Shown here: in pieces, positions 28,245 to 42,524 of the stretch
How positions within the stretch are numbered: the first letter of the stretch is position 1
How the letters are laid out: every line of letters starts with the position of its first letter
Origin: Kudoa neothunni
Taxonomy: Eukaryota; Animalia; Cnidaria
NCBI GenBank assembly: GCA_964304625.1
Contig: OZ199840.1
Span: forward strand, 4,738,966-4,802,965
Direction: 5' to 3'
Length of the DNA: 64,000 bases
Notes under the pieces: model-generated
The model's database searches: none
Told to the model about the DNA's origin: nothing
The model's input: only the letters and a program-made list of their open reading frames with translations
Program-made: the position numbers and the translations under genes

Positions 28245-28911
28245 TTAATCCAACTGCTCGTTTTCAATATAATGTTTGTACGCAGAATAATCCATATATG
28301 AACTGACTTCATTTGGATCGAATTCAGCTATTTTGGCAATCCAACCTGTAATCAATTTTAAATTGATATTCTAAGTGTGTATCAAAAATACCTTTTTCAT
28401 AAGGATCTCTATTAAGTAGAGTGGGATTTTCCACGAGTTTTGAATTAACCTCAACTATTTCTCCAGAAACCGGCATAAACACATCTGTTGCTGCTTTTGA
28501 ACTCTCCAAAACGCAAAACTTTTCTAAAATTATTTGAAGGTAATTCATGATTTCTTTTGAAAATACCTCCTTTTTGATACTTTTGCCCAATATTTGGCAA
28601 ACTAACAAAGGTTAAATCTCCGATATTGTCCTTCAATATGTGTATTTGAATTTATGTCACTTATTCGTAGAAATAAAATCACTTGAGCGTAGCTACTAAT
28701 ACCAATTGGATATGGTTTCGTTTTAATGTCGATCCATTCGTGGGTTTTGGTGAATTTTCTAGTTGCTTGACAACAAGTATAATACGTTTATTGAGTTGCT
28801 ACTACTGTGTTTATCGTTGGTTAAAAAACGCCGTTGAACACTTAAAATTTCCCAGTCAACTAATCGATAGATTTTTTGTGGAAAAATTAATTTTTGCATA
28901 CCACCAGCCAT
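28245..28911 (-). CDS. GCSH: Glycine cleavage system H protein (lipoyl carrier), 6 exons
   Basis: Spliced: MAG|VDWEILSVQRRFLTNDKH|TTRKFTKTHEWIDI...IGISSYAQ|DNIGDLTFVSLP...|EKFCVLESSKAATDVFMPVSGEIVEVNSKLVENPTLLNRDPYEK|GWIAKI...*. Lipoyl-Lys motif ESxKA is intact. Confidence 0.93.
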
Positions 28912-30765
28912 ATTTATTTTAAAAGTTAATCTCGCGAAGATGGGTGACAAATTACGACGGATTTAGACAGTGATAAAAAATGTGTGCTATTCTCTTTTCT
29001 ATTAAAAAAACTCGTTAAATGAGGTATATATTACATTGTAAAAATTTTAAATTAACTTTTCAATAAAGTGAAGAAGTTATGGGCAGATTTTGTATAAATG
29101 GAATATAGATCTCTTTTATTAAATTCCGTATATGTTTAAACTTTAAAAAATATTCTTATTTCATGTTTATGATATCTATTAGATAAAAAATTTAGATTTA
29201 GAACTCGAGTTTGCGCATTGGTTGGATGAAAATTGGGTATTACATTTTTACGTCAAATGTTGCACATTGAACATATCGCTGTATTTCTACCAATCTATAT
29301 GCAGTGAAGTTTTCTATCATCATTATACGAATTTTTTATTGGTTTATATAATTTTATAATAAATTAAGGTTCTCCTTAGATATCAATGTCAATATCAATA
29401 TCAATTACCTAATGATCAAGTAAATTTAAAGTTTCATACTATTTCTACTTTTTAATATACTAAGAAACTTGATTTTTTACATTTAAATTTCGTCAATCTT
29501 TAATGTTCGGAATCGGCATTCTTCGGGAGACGAATATGTATTTATTTTGATTACAGTAAATAAGGGGGTTTTCGTGTATTAATAAAAGTTGATGTAAACA
29601 TAAAAGATTAGGATTTTTACGAAAATTTGTTAAAAATCATTATTGAATTGTACTTGATTTAAAATTTCCCACAAATTTAACAATTAATCGATTTTTCGAA
29701 CGATTTTGAAGGAAACGTTATAAGAGCGTAAGCGCACACGTAAAGAGAGATTTATTGAGGGAAATTTGTAGTCGTTGGAATTGTAATAAACAAGTTATTC
29801 TTTATGTTTGCGCGTTGATTATTTTTTCTCAAACATTCATAATGAAGACTATGAAAATATAATGCAAACAAAATAAATTGAAAGTGTATATTTTTTAATT
29901 AAAAAATAATATTTTTACTAATAACTTATTTTTAAGTGTATAAACATAAAAACTGTTAAAAAAGAATATATTATTAATTAATAAAATTTTAACTATAAAT
30001 CAAATGCAATCCCCATTTGAATATCATGAAGAAGAAATATTTACAGGTATTCTATACAAGAAGTCATATATTGATTAATTATTAGAATTTTTATCGTTTT
30101 TACATTAAACGTATAATTAAATATGGTATTATTTCTGACTATTTTGTTGATTTTTCAAATATATATATATATATATATAAGTTGTAATATATGCTGATCG
30201 TAACCTCTGTATGATTGATGATAGATAACGATTATTCAAAGAATTTAGATTATTCACAAAAGTCGTTTTATCTAATTAATTTTCTCTTTATATTTAGAAT
30301 TGGTTTTAATAACAATTCTATGAATCTTGTCATTAATATATAATAAAATTTTATGTAAAATGTAAAGATTAGTTAATATGACTAATAAATTTAAAAAAAA
30401 TAATTATAATGTTTGAACTTATAAAGTAAAAAATAACCACATGTTTTTAATTTTAGATAATTAAGGTTAAGGTTAAAGTTAAAGTTAAAATTTATTACTG
30501 GTATGTTAAAAAAAAATAAATCAATTGGGTTAAATCGAGAAGAAACAAATGATTTATGAGAAAGAAACAAAAGGAATAAGCAATTTTCACAAATTTCTTG
30601 GGTCCTAAACATGCCGTTAGTTAACTAATAAAGTTGGTCGGGTAATAAATTATTTAAAATGATCGTGCTAAAAAATAACGAATATAATAAAATAATAAAC
30701 TAGTCTAAAAATTAGTTTGTCAGAGAATGCATTAAAAATTTCAATTTTAATAATTAGAGTATGAT

Positions 30766-33023
30766 CTATTTTTTCTTGAATACCATGAAACCAATAACAC
30801 ATATCAACAAAGCTATAATAATTCCACCAACAATCAGCCTAAATAATATTTGAATTCAATCATTAAACAATCGAAATTACATAACTTTTGTTCCGCCGGT
30901 AGAAGCACTAAATAAAGTTAATGTATTATGGAATTAATGAATTTAATACTATCTTACCCATCCGAGGCTCCTAAAATAATCATTAATGAATTATATTAGT
31001 CACAATCAGTACAATTTACCATTCTCATGAGTTTCTGTTGTAACAACGCTGCTTTGTTGATCAGATATTGGAGCTGAAAAGTCAATTATGACTGGCTCGC
31101 TAAAATATCTCGCTTGAACTATCATTGATCCATCTATGTAAGATAGAGCGTTGTAAAATGTGACCTCTTTGTTGCACTTCCCCTCCCAGTCAGTTGTTTT
31201 ATCATATACACCATATAGGAATTGTATATCTCCTTCCATCGTGTCCACGAAAGTAAAGTCACATATATGCTCATCACCTGAAGGTTCCAAACCTGTTGTT
31301 ACGATTAAATCAGCATTATTCCATGTGTATGTCACATTTAGTTTTTCCAGTTTAGCACCTTTATCAATGTCATTCATGTTCATTTAATAATTTTTACTAG
31401 TTTTAACGGTCACTATGTTTTTAGGTAAGTCGCCAATGTATTTGTCAAAAAAATATTTGAATTGATATTCGGTATCGGAAGAAAGATTTTTGATTGTCAT
31501 CGGTTCTTCACATAAACCATAACAGTCATTTGATTCTTCACATTGAGAAGGGCTGAATTCATTTTGACCACTTAGTTTTTGGAGAATTTTACAATAAACT
31601 CCATCAAATTGAGTCACATTTGGAGCTATGGTCATTATTACGTGTTCGTAATATGATGTTATCTTCGGAGCTTTTGTCATGTTATAACTATCTATATTTA
31701 GATTAGGATAAATTATTTATATGGTTTAGTGCCTGTCGTAAAAATTTTCTCCGCAATGTAGGATTTATCACCACCACTGTAGGTCACCTTTACAATGTAT
31801 TTGGTGTTTTGTTCCAAACCATAAATTGTTTCAGTTTCTTGGCAATTAGTGGGGCATGGTTGTTTTAATTCAGCATCACACTTAGCATCAATATTAACCT
31901 TTGGGTAATCTTGTTTTTTTAATTCAATTGTGCAAGTTGCACTAGTTAAATCATCCTTTAATTCTCCAACAGAGATAACAGCAGTGGAATCAGTAGGTTT
32001 GATTGTAAGTTTACCTTTTCCAACTATTTGATTTTAATTTATAGTATATATAATAAGTAATCACTTCTTAGTGTCTTTTCCACTCCTTCGTGATTTCTAG
32101 TTGACACTTTCACTTTAAAATCCTTATCTGTATTTTCAGTATAACTTTTTTCCATGACAACTTCAGTACATAACTGATAACAATCACCACCGCCAGTTAT
32201 ATCACAAGAACTTGAAAATTGTTCGCTATTCATTTTGATTTCGAATTTGCAAATTTCATCCGGAATATCTTCATCAAAAACAATTTTTATCTTGTTACTT
32301 TGATTCTCAATTTTTTCGATATGATAAGGATATTTTACCAATGGATTAAACTCCATAATTTTGTTGTTTTGTCTATACAGGTGGATATTGGGTTGGATAC
32401 TTCCACAAGAGAGTTTGATTGCGTCACTACTCATGGAATCGAAGAATCCAGTGAGTTTATTTTCAGCGTTACATTCAGTGTCATTTCGTGGAACGAATTT
32501 ATCCAGGATTTTATCTCCACTGGTCAGTTTACAAGTTTGGGGATGACTGCAAATATTTTTTGTCGTGAATTCAATTGAAGTTGTATTAACGTTAAATAGA
32601 GTTTCAGGTGTTTTATCCGAAGCTACAGAAAGATTAAATCAGAATTCTCCAAAGTGACTTACTATGAACCACTTTGAGAGTTTCAATGTCAGATTTTGAT
32701 TTTACTTGCACATAATAGACAGGATCAGCAGTTCCTGTTGATATGGTGTATTTTCCATTGCATGGTATAATATGAGTATTCATTTCTTCAGAACCACTTT
32801 GTTCATAGTGATAGAAATGATCATTTTTTTCCAGTAACCTGACTTCGCATTTTTTTCCTGAGGATCCCTCAAGTTTTAGATAGATTAGATCCTCTGAATT
32901 TTCTTGATCACGCTCAACATAGTATTTATGTGACTGGACTAAAATAATGTAACCTAAATACAACAAATTCTAAAATATACTGCTGCAGAAAAATGCAAAT
33001 AATAATAAAGCAATCATCCGCAT
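30766..33023 (-). CDS. Single-pass surface protein with ~6 Cys-containing FN3-like modules, copy 1
   Basis: Signal MRMIALLLFAFFCS; FN3 signatures IYGLEQNTKYIVKV and IKNLSSDTEYQFK; phase-1 introns between modules; 13-nt micro-exon 30958-30970; TM LIVGGIIIALLICVIGFMVF followed by KKK*. Confidence 0.8.
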
Positions 33024-33473
33024 TCCTATTTTTTATTTTAATGAATACACCAATTCAACACAGATTATTATTTAATATGATTATAACTATCGATATATGT
33101 GAATTAAACTAACGTTACGTTCGGCTAATTCGTAAATTTCATGTAAAAAATAGTATCGAAAAATATATAAACACAAATGAAAAAATTTCTAATGCCTAGT
33201 TGGATCTGATGTTGTGAAATTGTATTTATTATCCAATTCCAAGTTATTTTAGATGTGGATTAATGATGAGGCATTGACAATTGGAACTGAGAAAAATATA
33301 TACTAATATATAATTCATAACAAATTATTAAATTTATAAATTTATTTAATAATTAAATAACTATTAGTAAGATTTTTATTAAGGAAAATAAATCAATTTA
33401 CTTTTAAACTCTAAACAGATCAATTATGTATTGGTAACGTTGTACTTTTATCAATGGATTCAAGTTTAAGTTT

Positions 33474-35317
33474 GGCAGTGTCTTTTTTGCCGGACACACC
33501 TTTCCTCCTAAAATAATAATTCAACCGATACCGTTTTTTTCTAAAAATATCCTTCATAAATGCAGAATATAAATTTAGTTTTATTTATTTTTTAGTTAAC
33601 CGTTAGGCATCCAAATGCATCGAAAGATATTTTTAGTTCTCGTATAAGTATCAGTGCAAAATACTTTAAGTTTTCGATAAATCAATGTATATTTACCTAA
33701 TAAAACTCATTTTATGTAGTATGGCGACATAAACGAGTAAAATGATCTTATAAATTTTGCTGTAATGTTGATATTTTCAAGTTCAATCATTATAGAAGAA
33801 GAGTTTGATCAAACGCTACTTATGCAAGATATTACACCAGATCTTGAGGTTGGTGATATATTCCTGAAGTATGGAATGTCTAAAGAATCATTGAAAATGT
33901 ACCAAAAGCGGATGCAAATTTTTTATTGGATAGGATGTTCTAGATAATTTTCCACATTAAGAGATTTACCAGTGATTTGCTAATTTATTTATCAAGTATG
34001 AGGACAGAGCGAGCGAGTAGGCAGTTAGAGAGCTAAAAATCCGAATTGTTTAAAAATTAAACTCAGACATTAACATAAGATATAACACATCATTAACGTT
34101 ATTAGCGTAAAATATTTTGGCAGATGAAATAAATAATTAAATCGACTCTTATTCCAATAGTTATACTTGTTTCTTCTACATAAGTATGAATATAAAATGC
34201 AGACGTATTATCTCTACTAGAAAGGAAATGAATATGAATTTATAGCACTAAAAAATTTGTAATTAGAAGAGACACAAAAATTATTATCTTTCATATATTT
34301 AAAGGACCAAAGATATACATATTTAGAATCATTCGTGTAGTGTGCAGCCAGTTATTATAGAAATTTCGAGTCAAAGATCTTCTTCGAATTTTACATTTAA
34401 GCGATATTTGAAGCTAAAATTTTTTTAGTGAAATAACATCATTGAGGTCTGAAAAAACAGGGACTCAAAATGATTTATTAAACGACATTTTGGATGAATT
34501 AATCTCGCTTATTTTCAATGGAGATTTTTTGGATAACGTAGCTCATTTCTTCCACTATTCATACATCAACGTAATTTAGTCCAAACCAACGTCTGAATCT
34601 ACTTTCAGCAACAATCAAGAAATTTCAGATCCAAAATGTAATTTGAGTGCCTTTAGTAACATTCTTATTTTACACTTCGTTACTGAGGAACCATGAACGG
34701 AGAGGGTGGGAATACAAGAAGCAGTTCAAGATAGTGGCACATCATAAATAACTGATATGGGAATCTTAGATATTTTGAATGATTCTACAGTTAAATATCC
34801 GTCTTTGATAGCTATGTGAATTTTATCCATGCTGCAAAATTCATGAAATTATAGGAATAAATTTGCCAACAGTAATGAAGTTGAGAGGTAGACCAAAATT
34901 TTTATTATCAACAGCTATTGATTTTAGTATAAAAAACTCTTTTATTATGATGACAATAATGTAACACAATGTCGACAGAGGATTCAAACAATTTTATGTG
35001 ACTTACACAGTATCATTTATTTACAAATTAAAAAGTAGAATATTCAATATTTTATTAAATTTTAATATTTTATAAATCATTCCGTGAGATATTTATCTTA
35101 TTGTAAGAATTTTAAAAACTAATTTGCCAAATAGTTATATTACACCTTGATTTTGTTTGGACTTTATTGATAAAAATTAGTAATTTTAAAGTGTATCCCT
35201 GAATTAATGAAACTAAGTTTATATTCTGCATTTATAAAGGATATTTTTTGGACAAGATCGTATTGGTGTAATTATTATTTTAGGAGAAAAAGTGCGTCCG
35301 GAAAAATAGACACATCC
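33474..35317. mobile_element. Mutator-like (MULE) element with ~120-bp TIRs and 9-bp TSD; interior decayed
   Basis: GGCAGTGTCTTTTTTGCCGGACACACC...ATAAATGCAGAATATAAA is the inverted match of the 35210-35317 end. Flanks are TTTAAGTTT and TTTAAGTTA (8/9). Confidence 0.8.
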
Positions 35318-35952
35318 TTTAAGTTATTGTATAAATAATTCGAAATTCATAATTACAACGTGATTTTTATATGACACATAGTATAGAATTATTCGATTCA
35401 CTAATTAAGAACACGCTAAGTCTTGTTAATGAGTTATATTTGCATTGGTGCTTGTAAATTAACTACTTTATAACATGATATTTGTTATTAATTAATTTTA
35501 AATTTCAACGGCGTATTAAGCTTATATTAAGAATTTCCTAGATAGGGATCACAAAGTACCTTTAAATATTAAGATCACTTATAAAAAACATTAATATTTG
35601 ATTTCATAAAAAAAATTTATAATACAGAAAATTTAAAATAAAGTTTAAAACTATTTAAAACGACTAATCATTGCATTAGCCTACACAAACCATACGTCAA
35701 CGCCAACAGAATATTTTTGTTAATTAGACCGTAATTCATTAAATGCATTTCAGAGAATAGAAGTTATTCGAAGAGATCACAGTGTTTGAAAACTAGAAAA
35801 AATATTAAATATTTGTATAATGTATAATTTTACATTAAATAACTAACCTTTTTAAGAAATGATATTATCCAGCTTAATTCGAATTACCATTATTTTATAA
35901 AAAAGGAAACGAATGTAAGATAAAATTTTATTAACATGAATGATATGTCAAT

Positions 35953-36500
35953 TTAACCTTCTAATAGACCGAAAATCGATTGCACTCCGATGGACTCTGG
36001 GGTAATTTTCTACCCCAAATTCTTATTTTATCGCTTTTTACAAAAAATCCGTAAGATGAAATATTAAAGATTTCGGCGGATAGACAAAAAAAGAATAAAA
36101 GTTAGAACACAAATAATTCGTTAATAATCCCACGAATATTCCTTTTGTCAACAACCGTCGTAGTAGTTTTTAATTCTGATTTCGATTGGCTGTGTGTTGT
36201 TCTAATTAAAGCATTTAAAATTATAATATTAATCTACATAATTTTTTAGTCTATTTGTAGGCCACAAATAAACCGCATTTAATGCAAACAAGACTCTCAA
36301 TAATTTATTGCAAATTGCACACACAACGTTGGTTTTTTAATCCATTTTCTTGGAATAAAAATTAAAGGCGGTATAAGACTTGATTGTCATGATTCACTCC
36401 TTTAGTAGGGCATATAATAACTTTGCCATCGTTTAAAGAATTCCTCTGAAAAATATCATTCTCAAAAAACGTTTTTATATAGAATCACGTGATCTACTTA
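35953..36500 (-). mobile_element. piggyBac remnant
   Basis: TTAA-CCTTCTAA terminus. The subterminal AAAATCGA(T/C)TGCAC(T/A)CCGATG motif is shared with 42525. Minus-strand fragment KGVNHDNQVLYRL resembles the piggyBac GGVD..DQ region. Confidence 0.45.
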
Positions 36501-36734
36501 CAGTTTGTAACGTTGTATCGTAAAATCTAGAAAATAGTAATTCCTAAGACTTAACATTTATTCCAAAAATTGTTATTTTAATTTTAGCAAAAAAATTGTT
36601 ATTTTATTTTAGTATGTAAATAAAATTATTCTGAAGGAATACGAGCAATCTCAGAATGTTTGAAATTATAAATAACAAATCATACAATAAACAAAGTCTC
36701 ATTGGGGTTGATTTCTAGCCCAAATCCATAGGAG

Positions 36735-39074
36735 CAGTGGTTCCCAACCTTTTTGACACGCGTACCCCCTATTAGCTAAGCTAAACGAATACGAACCTCA
36801 AGCATTTCATTTCATGTAAATTTTTGCTAGTAATATTTTTGTTAAAAAAATATTGTCTTATATGCTAGATTTCCATATACATTCACAAGTTTTAGCTCTA
36901 ATTAAACAATAATTTTCACTAAAAGCGCTTTTTAATAAAAATATTCTTGAGGTAATCATCTTAAAACAAAATGTTTATTTCGATAAGCATTAAAAATGTA
37001 ATAGCGATTTTAAAAATAAGAAACCTACAGGTATATCTTGGTTAATACTGAGGCGACATTTTACAACTTCGTTGAAATCTGATTATAGTAATAAAAAAAT
37101 AATAAACAAACTATTGAAAAAAATAATGTTTTTTATTGAAGTGTAGTGTTTGTTATTAAAAAAAATAAATTCAGGTTTTAAAATTTATAATATACAAAAA
37201 TAGTACTCATTTTTAAAGAACTCCGCGATATCTTATCTTTATGACTAAAACGAATGAGTGATTTACTAATATTATAAAATATAACTTACAGTTAATGAGA
37301 CTTATGACTGTGTTTAATTTAAATGAATAATTCGAACTGAAGAATTGCTTTGAAATAGAAACTAGCACATCATGTTCTGGATTTAGTCTATTGCAGAATT
37401 TGTGTTTGATATGAACCAGTGTGTAAAATCCAAATTCGCAAAAATATGTTGTTGTGAATAGTATTATTTTTTAACGTCTTTTCTGTGAGTTTTTAGGAAA
37501 AGTTTTTTAATGGAGCACCAAAATTCTCCAATATATTTTATTTTTAATTCGTGACGCAAGATTTCCATTGATTGTAGCTCAATCAGTTCTTCCTTCAAAG
37601 TATCGTTGTCAGCCTTGGTGCTGATGTCAAATATAATTGTATTTCGCATCCAATTATATTTGTGAAGATTGCTCTGCTCGTGGTTGGAAATAACGTTTAA
37701 CTGAGTATTTTAATATTGTGAGATGATTTGAAATTTCTTCTGACGATACTGTTGGCAATTTAATGGCATCAGTTTGTAGCATCTCTTCAAGTTGTGGAAA
37801 GTTCACATAATTTTCGGATAAAATCCTACTCTTCCAGAACGTAAGTTTTGCTGTGAAAGAGCGCATTTTTTCAGAAACGTCAATTAAAGTAACCATTTTC
37901 CGCTAGATATACAAATTGAAGTTATTGGGATGCTCAGACATAAGATAGGTATGCCATTACATAATTGAATATTTTGTCGTCAAAATATTTATAACGATCG
38001 TTATTTCTTTCTCTAAGAAACATAGCAACTTCATCTTTGAGAATAAATAATCGTTTGAGGCATTGACCTTTAGATAACCAACGAACTTCGATATGGTAGA
38101 ATGACACATCATAATCTTTTTTCATTTCTTGACAAAGAATTTTAAAAAGTCGATGGTTATATTCCTTGGATTTAATTTCATCCACCATCTTCATTACAAC
38201 GTCAAGAAAATCCTTTATTGTCGATGGGAGAGTTTTTGAAGCTAGGACATATCTATGGAGGAAACAATATGTTACCAAAAGGTCTGGTACTTTTTTTTAA
38301 CAAATGCACCAAAACCAGACTTTTTCCCAAGTAACGAAGGTTCCCCATCTGTGCACATGCTACATAATTTCTTAGTACACTCAAAATTTTGTTTCTTAAA
38401 AGAATCCTCCAACAATTAAAAATATCTGAGTCTTTCACTCCTTTTAGTAATTTTTGACAAAATAAAAACTCATCTATGAACTTATCCTCGTGAGCATAGC
38501 GGACTAAAAATAAAGTTGGCCGCACTGAGATACATCGGTTGATTCATGAAGTTGTAAACTATACGTAAACGGAGTGTTCTGTAATTCCGTGAACATTTGA
38601 TTCAAAATGTTTTGAGACATATCAACTATTCTACCTTTAATTGTGTTATTTGATAGAGTGATGACGTCAATTAGTTTCCCTTGTTCTTTCGCACACGGTT
38701 TTATCAGTGTTTCGGCAATTGTGTGTTCTTTTTTTGTTTTGCTATATTGTAGGAAATTTTATATAATGCTTCTAGACATGGTTTTGTTGACTTTACAAAT
38801 CCAAGCATGTGTAAAGGTTTTGACTTTTCAGAATATTCTTTTTTAGTGAAGATCATCGATAGAACAATTAATGAGAGCTGGGTGGAATGAATTGAAATGT
38901 TTTTTTTTTAATTTTGACGGTTTTAGATTTGTATTTGACAAAATTTTTCCACAAACGAAAATACGAAACAATGTGGTTTTTGTGTGTGTCATCCTTTTCG
39001 GATATATATTCCAAACCAAATGAAATATATTCTTCGTTATATTGTCGCTCCTTTAGATAATTCATTGTTGTCAT
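36735..39074 (-). mobile_element. Decayed hAT (Buster; ZBED8/SCAND3-like) transposon
   Basis: TIR CAGTGGTTCCCAACCT at 36735. Minus-strand fragments YCFLHRYVLASK, HIEVRWLSKG and LKEELIELQ, with many stops and frameshifts. Confidence 0.87.
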
Positions 39075-40410
39075 CTATAATAATAATAATAATAATAATC
39101 ATAATTTTAAATGAATTAACTTATTCGAAAAATGTATATAAGGATGTTAAACTGACAGGTCGTTTGTAATAAACGATTATTCATGTTTATTTGAGGTATA
39201 AGAATAAATATGTTTAAAAATTATTTTTGCTTTGTTCAGTATTAATTAATCAATCAAGGTAATAATTAAAAAAATCTTACATTATAGTCTATTATAGAAG
39301 AAGATAATATAAAATCGAGATAAAAAAATTGTGAAAATAATAAATGATACCATAATATTATCATAATATAATAACAAAGATAAGAGCCAAAAAAATGCTT
39401 CAAATGGTGAATTTAAAGAGATGATTTAAATTTTTGTTTCGAAAATCTACGATTCGATTAAAAATATTATGTCGATATTGACCATTTGAATGTGAAGAGA
39501 GAGTGTTTAAGGTTTTTTAAGTAGCATAAATTGATGAACGAATCAAAAAATTCGTATTCAACTAGTAAATTAGAAAAAAAATCCTATAAGAAATTTTTGG
39601 TTAAAATATTAATTGAAATCGTAGTTAGTGAATATTTATGCTAGATTGAGAAATTAGTATATATATTTGAAGAGTTAAGAATTAGTCTTTACACCAATCA
39701 AAATCTGGTCACGTGAACCTGAGAATAGATACAAAGGCGCGTTATCTGATCCAAATGAAATATAAAAAGCAAAACATATTTACTCTATAATTAAGATAGA
39801 AATCACTAATTTATAAAATATCTTTCAGAGAGTTAGAACAAATTGATGTACATTACAATTTAAACCAGATAGAAAATCGGAACGTTATAAATCATTGAAG
39901 CCATGATGCTGGAAAATATATAACACGGACGAATGAATTCTACAATAAAAAAAATTATAATAAATGATAATTTTTATTATAGTTTATTAATTAAAATTAT
40001 CATAATTGCACTTAATTTTTTCCACCCCCTGAAAGATACAAAAAAATTCAGAAAAATCACTTATATTTACTCAATAGATAGAAAATCATAAAAAATGATA
40101 TTAATAAGTCAAAAACCACAGAATAAATAAATAAATATAACGAAGAACTACGAAAGTAATTAACACCATAATTCGCGCGAGTTGCAGAGAAAACGAGAAG
40201 AATAAGTCACTATTCGTTGTTTGCATATTACACTAATTCTAAGAGAATCAATAAATATATGTGGCCGAATTTAATTAGTTTCATCAATTAAACATTTATG
40301 GAGAGACAAAACAACATAGATGATAATCAACAAATAAATCCCAGATTATTAAAAAAATAACACCACGTTTAATAATACATTTATATTGATTCTAAATAAT
40401 CCATATTAAT

Positions 40411-42142
40411 TTATTCCATACGGTTAACAAAAAACTGAGCCAATAATTTGTATTGTGGAATACAAGCAGTATTTTGAGTGGATTCAACAGTTTCGAATAT
40501 ATTCTCCCCACTATCCGAACAATTAACGACCAAGGGATCGAACGGAAACGTAAAGCATTGATGTTTGTCTTTAAGTGATTGATTTGAATTGGGGAATAAT
40601 TCGATATTGTTCTACCGAATTAGATTTAAACCACACATACACAGACAAACATTCTATTTGATTACACTGCAGTTCGAACATTTAAAATAGGCCATATTTT
40701 CACAAACACATGACACACTCAATTTGACTCTATTGATAAAGTTCAATTCTTTACGGACATCTTGAAGTGATACTTCCTAGGAGATTAAATAGGATTATTA
40801 AATTGCATATTAAAGGATTAGAATATTGAAAACCTGTGGTGTAGACACCAGCATAACGGTTACGTTAGTTAAGAAGCGCAGGTATTGGCTTAGTGTGATG
40901 TGTTCGTCACTGGTCCCAGGCGGGGTGTCAATCACCAACACATCCAATCCATCACCCCAATCCACATTTAATAACAATTTTTTAATGAGGGCGTTCTTTT
41001 TAGGACCTCTCCAAATAACCGCATCATTATCAGAATTCAACAAAAATGCAGTTGACATCACAGCGATGCCATCATCATTAAGCTATACAACAATTCTAAG
41101 CCCGGCTAATACTTTAATGTAAATTTACGATAGGGCAATATCCTGAACCACTTTGATGAATCTAAATAAAAATTTTTACAAAAATATTTTATGGGTGAGG
41201 GTTGTTGGTACAATAATGGTTAACCCCTAAAACCACATGTACTTATGTCAATATAATTTTAAATCAAAGCATCACTCATAAATTAATTATATATCATTTG
41301 GGATATTTATTTATTATTTTTAATTTATTTAATATATTTTTAATTTTTTAACTTTGATTAGAAAATACATAATGTTAATAAATTATTGAGTTTTTGTATT
41401 TGTGCACTAATATAAAATATTAATCTGCTTCACGCATGCGCCGATTAATTATTACCCTCCCGCGGACGATTTATTAGTGGTTTAAATTAAAAAATTATTT
41501 TCATTATTTGACATATTAATCATATTATATACGCCGATGAGATGGACAAATTAATTATTGTACCAACAACCACCTCATGAATAATTAAATCTGATGATGT
41601 AGATGATACATCTCCAGAAGCTCCTAGAATACAAGGAATAGAAGGTCCACACAGATCCAAATCAAGCACTCCAACCTATAAATTTAAATTTGATTAAATT
41701 AATTTGATTAAATTTATTTATATAATTTTATAAATGTAAATATTGCAGAAATTTTGAAACACATAATCAAATGATGCAAATACATTTAACGAATGAAAAT
41801 GAACTAAAGATCTTGCCAAGTTAGCTGTCATCGTACTTTTACCTACTCCACCTTTACCCGACATCACAAGGATGATTTGCTTGATTGGTTCCAGAATTTT
41901 GGCAACTTCTTGAGCCTCTAAAAACAAATATAATATTTTAATTTATTCCAATTAAATATAACCATTTAGAAATTGTTCTTTTAACTTTACTGCTTCATTA
42001 GACGAACATAATGATTGATTAGGGCATCCTTCACAAGCCGCTGACTTTCCTGCAGTGGAAGATCCTACACCCGGGCAGTCTGAATAAAAAAAATAATTTT
42101 GTTTTGCTCAATAAAATGCTTGCTTTCAGGCTCTGGCTCCAT
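40411..42142 (-). CDS. NUBP1: Cytosolic Fe-S cluster assembly factor NUBP1 (Nbp35)
   Basis: MEPEPE|[25 protein letters not shown] (N-terminal Fe-S motif diagnostic for Nbp35), [51 protein letters not shown]. The first intron is GC-AG (42080-42123). Confidence 0.93.
41200..41571. mobile_element. MITE with 18-bp perfect TIRs (Merlin-like GG ends) inside a NUBP1 intron
   Basis: GGTTGTTGGTACAATAAT ... ATTATTGTACCAACAACC. No TSD recognised. Confidence 0.7.
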
Positions 42143-42524
42143 TAAATTTAGGTATCAAAGAATGAATTGAGTAAGAAATGCGCATGTGCAGAATACACAT
42201 TATTGTGCATAATTTGGTTGATTAAAAAATTTTTTATATTAAATTATTACTTATTCATTATAATAGAGTAGTAAATTGTGAGAACGTATATAATAATTAC
42301 TGTTCACGTTTTATAAAATAATAGAAAATTTATTTAATTGAAAGTTGGGACAGATTTATCGTAAATTACAGACAATTGATAATATTCTAGAGATTTAATT
42401 AATATATTTATAATAAATAATATTTATATTTAAAGTTAATTTTGTTTAATTTGTATTATATTAATGTAAAAATTGAATATAGATTAAAAATATTGAATTT
42501 TTATATAAATGTGATCATGATTTT

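Noticed and set aside
31381-31386. Abutting stop-start (TAA ATG) ORFs suggesting an operon or readthrough
   Set aside because: Explained by a ~39-nt GT-AG intron spanning the junction.
28245-42142. Alternative genetic code as an explanation for the short ORFs
   Set aside because: GCSH and NUBP1 translate cleanly in the standard code once tiny introns are removed.
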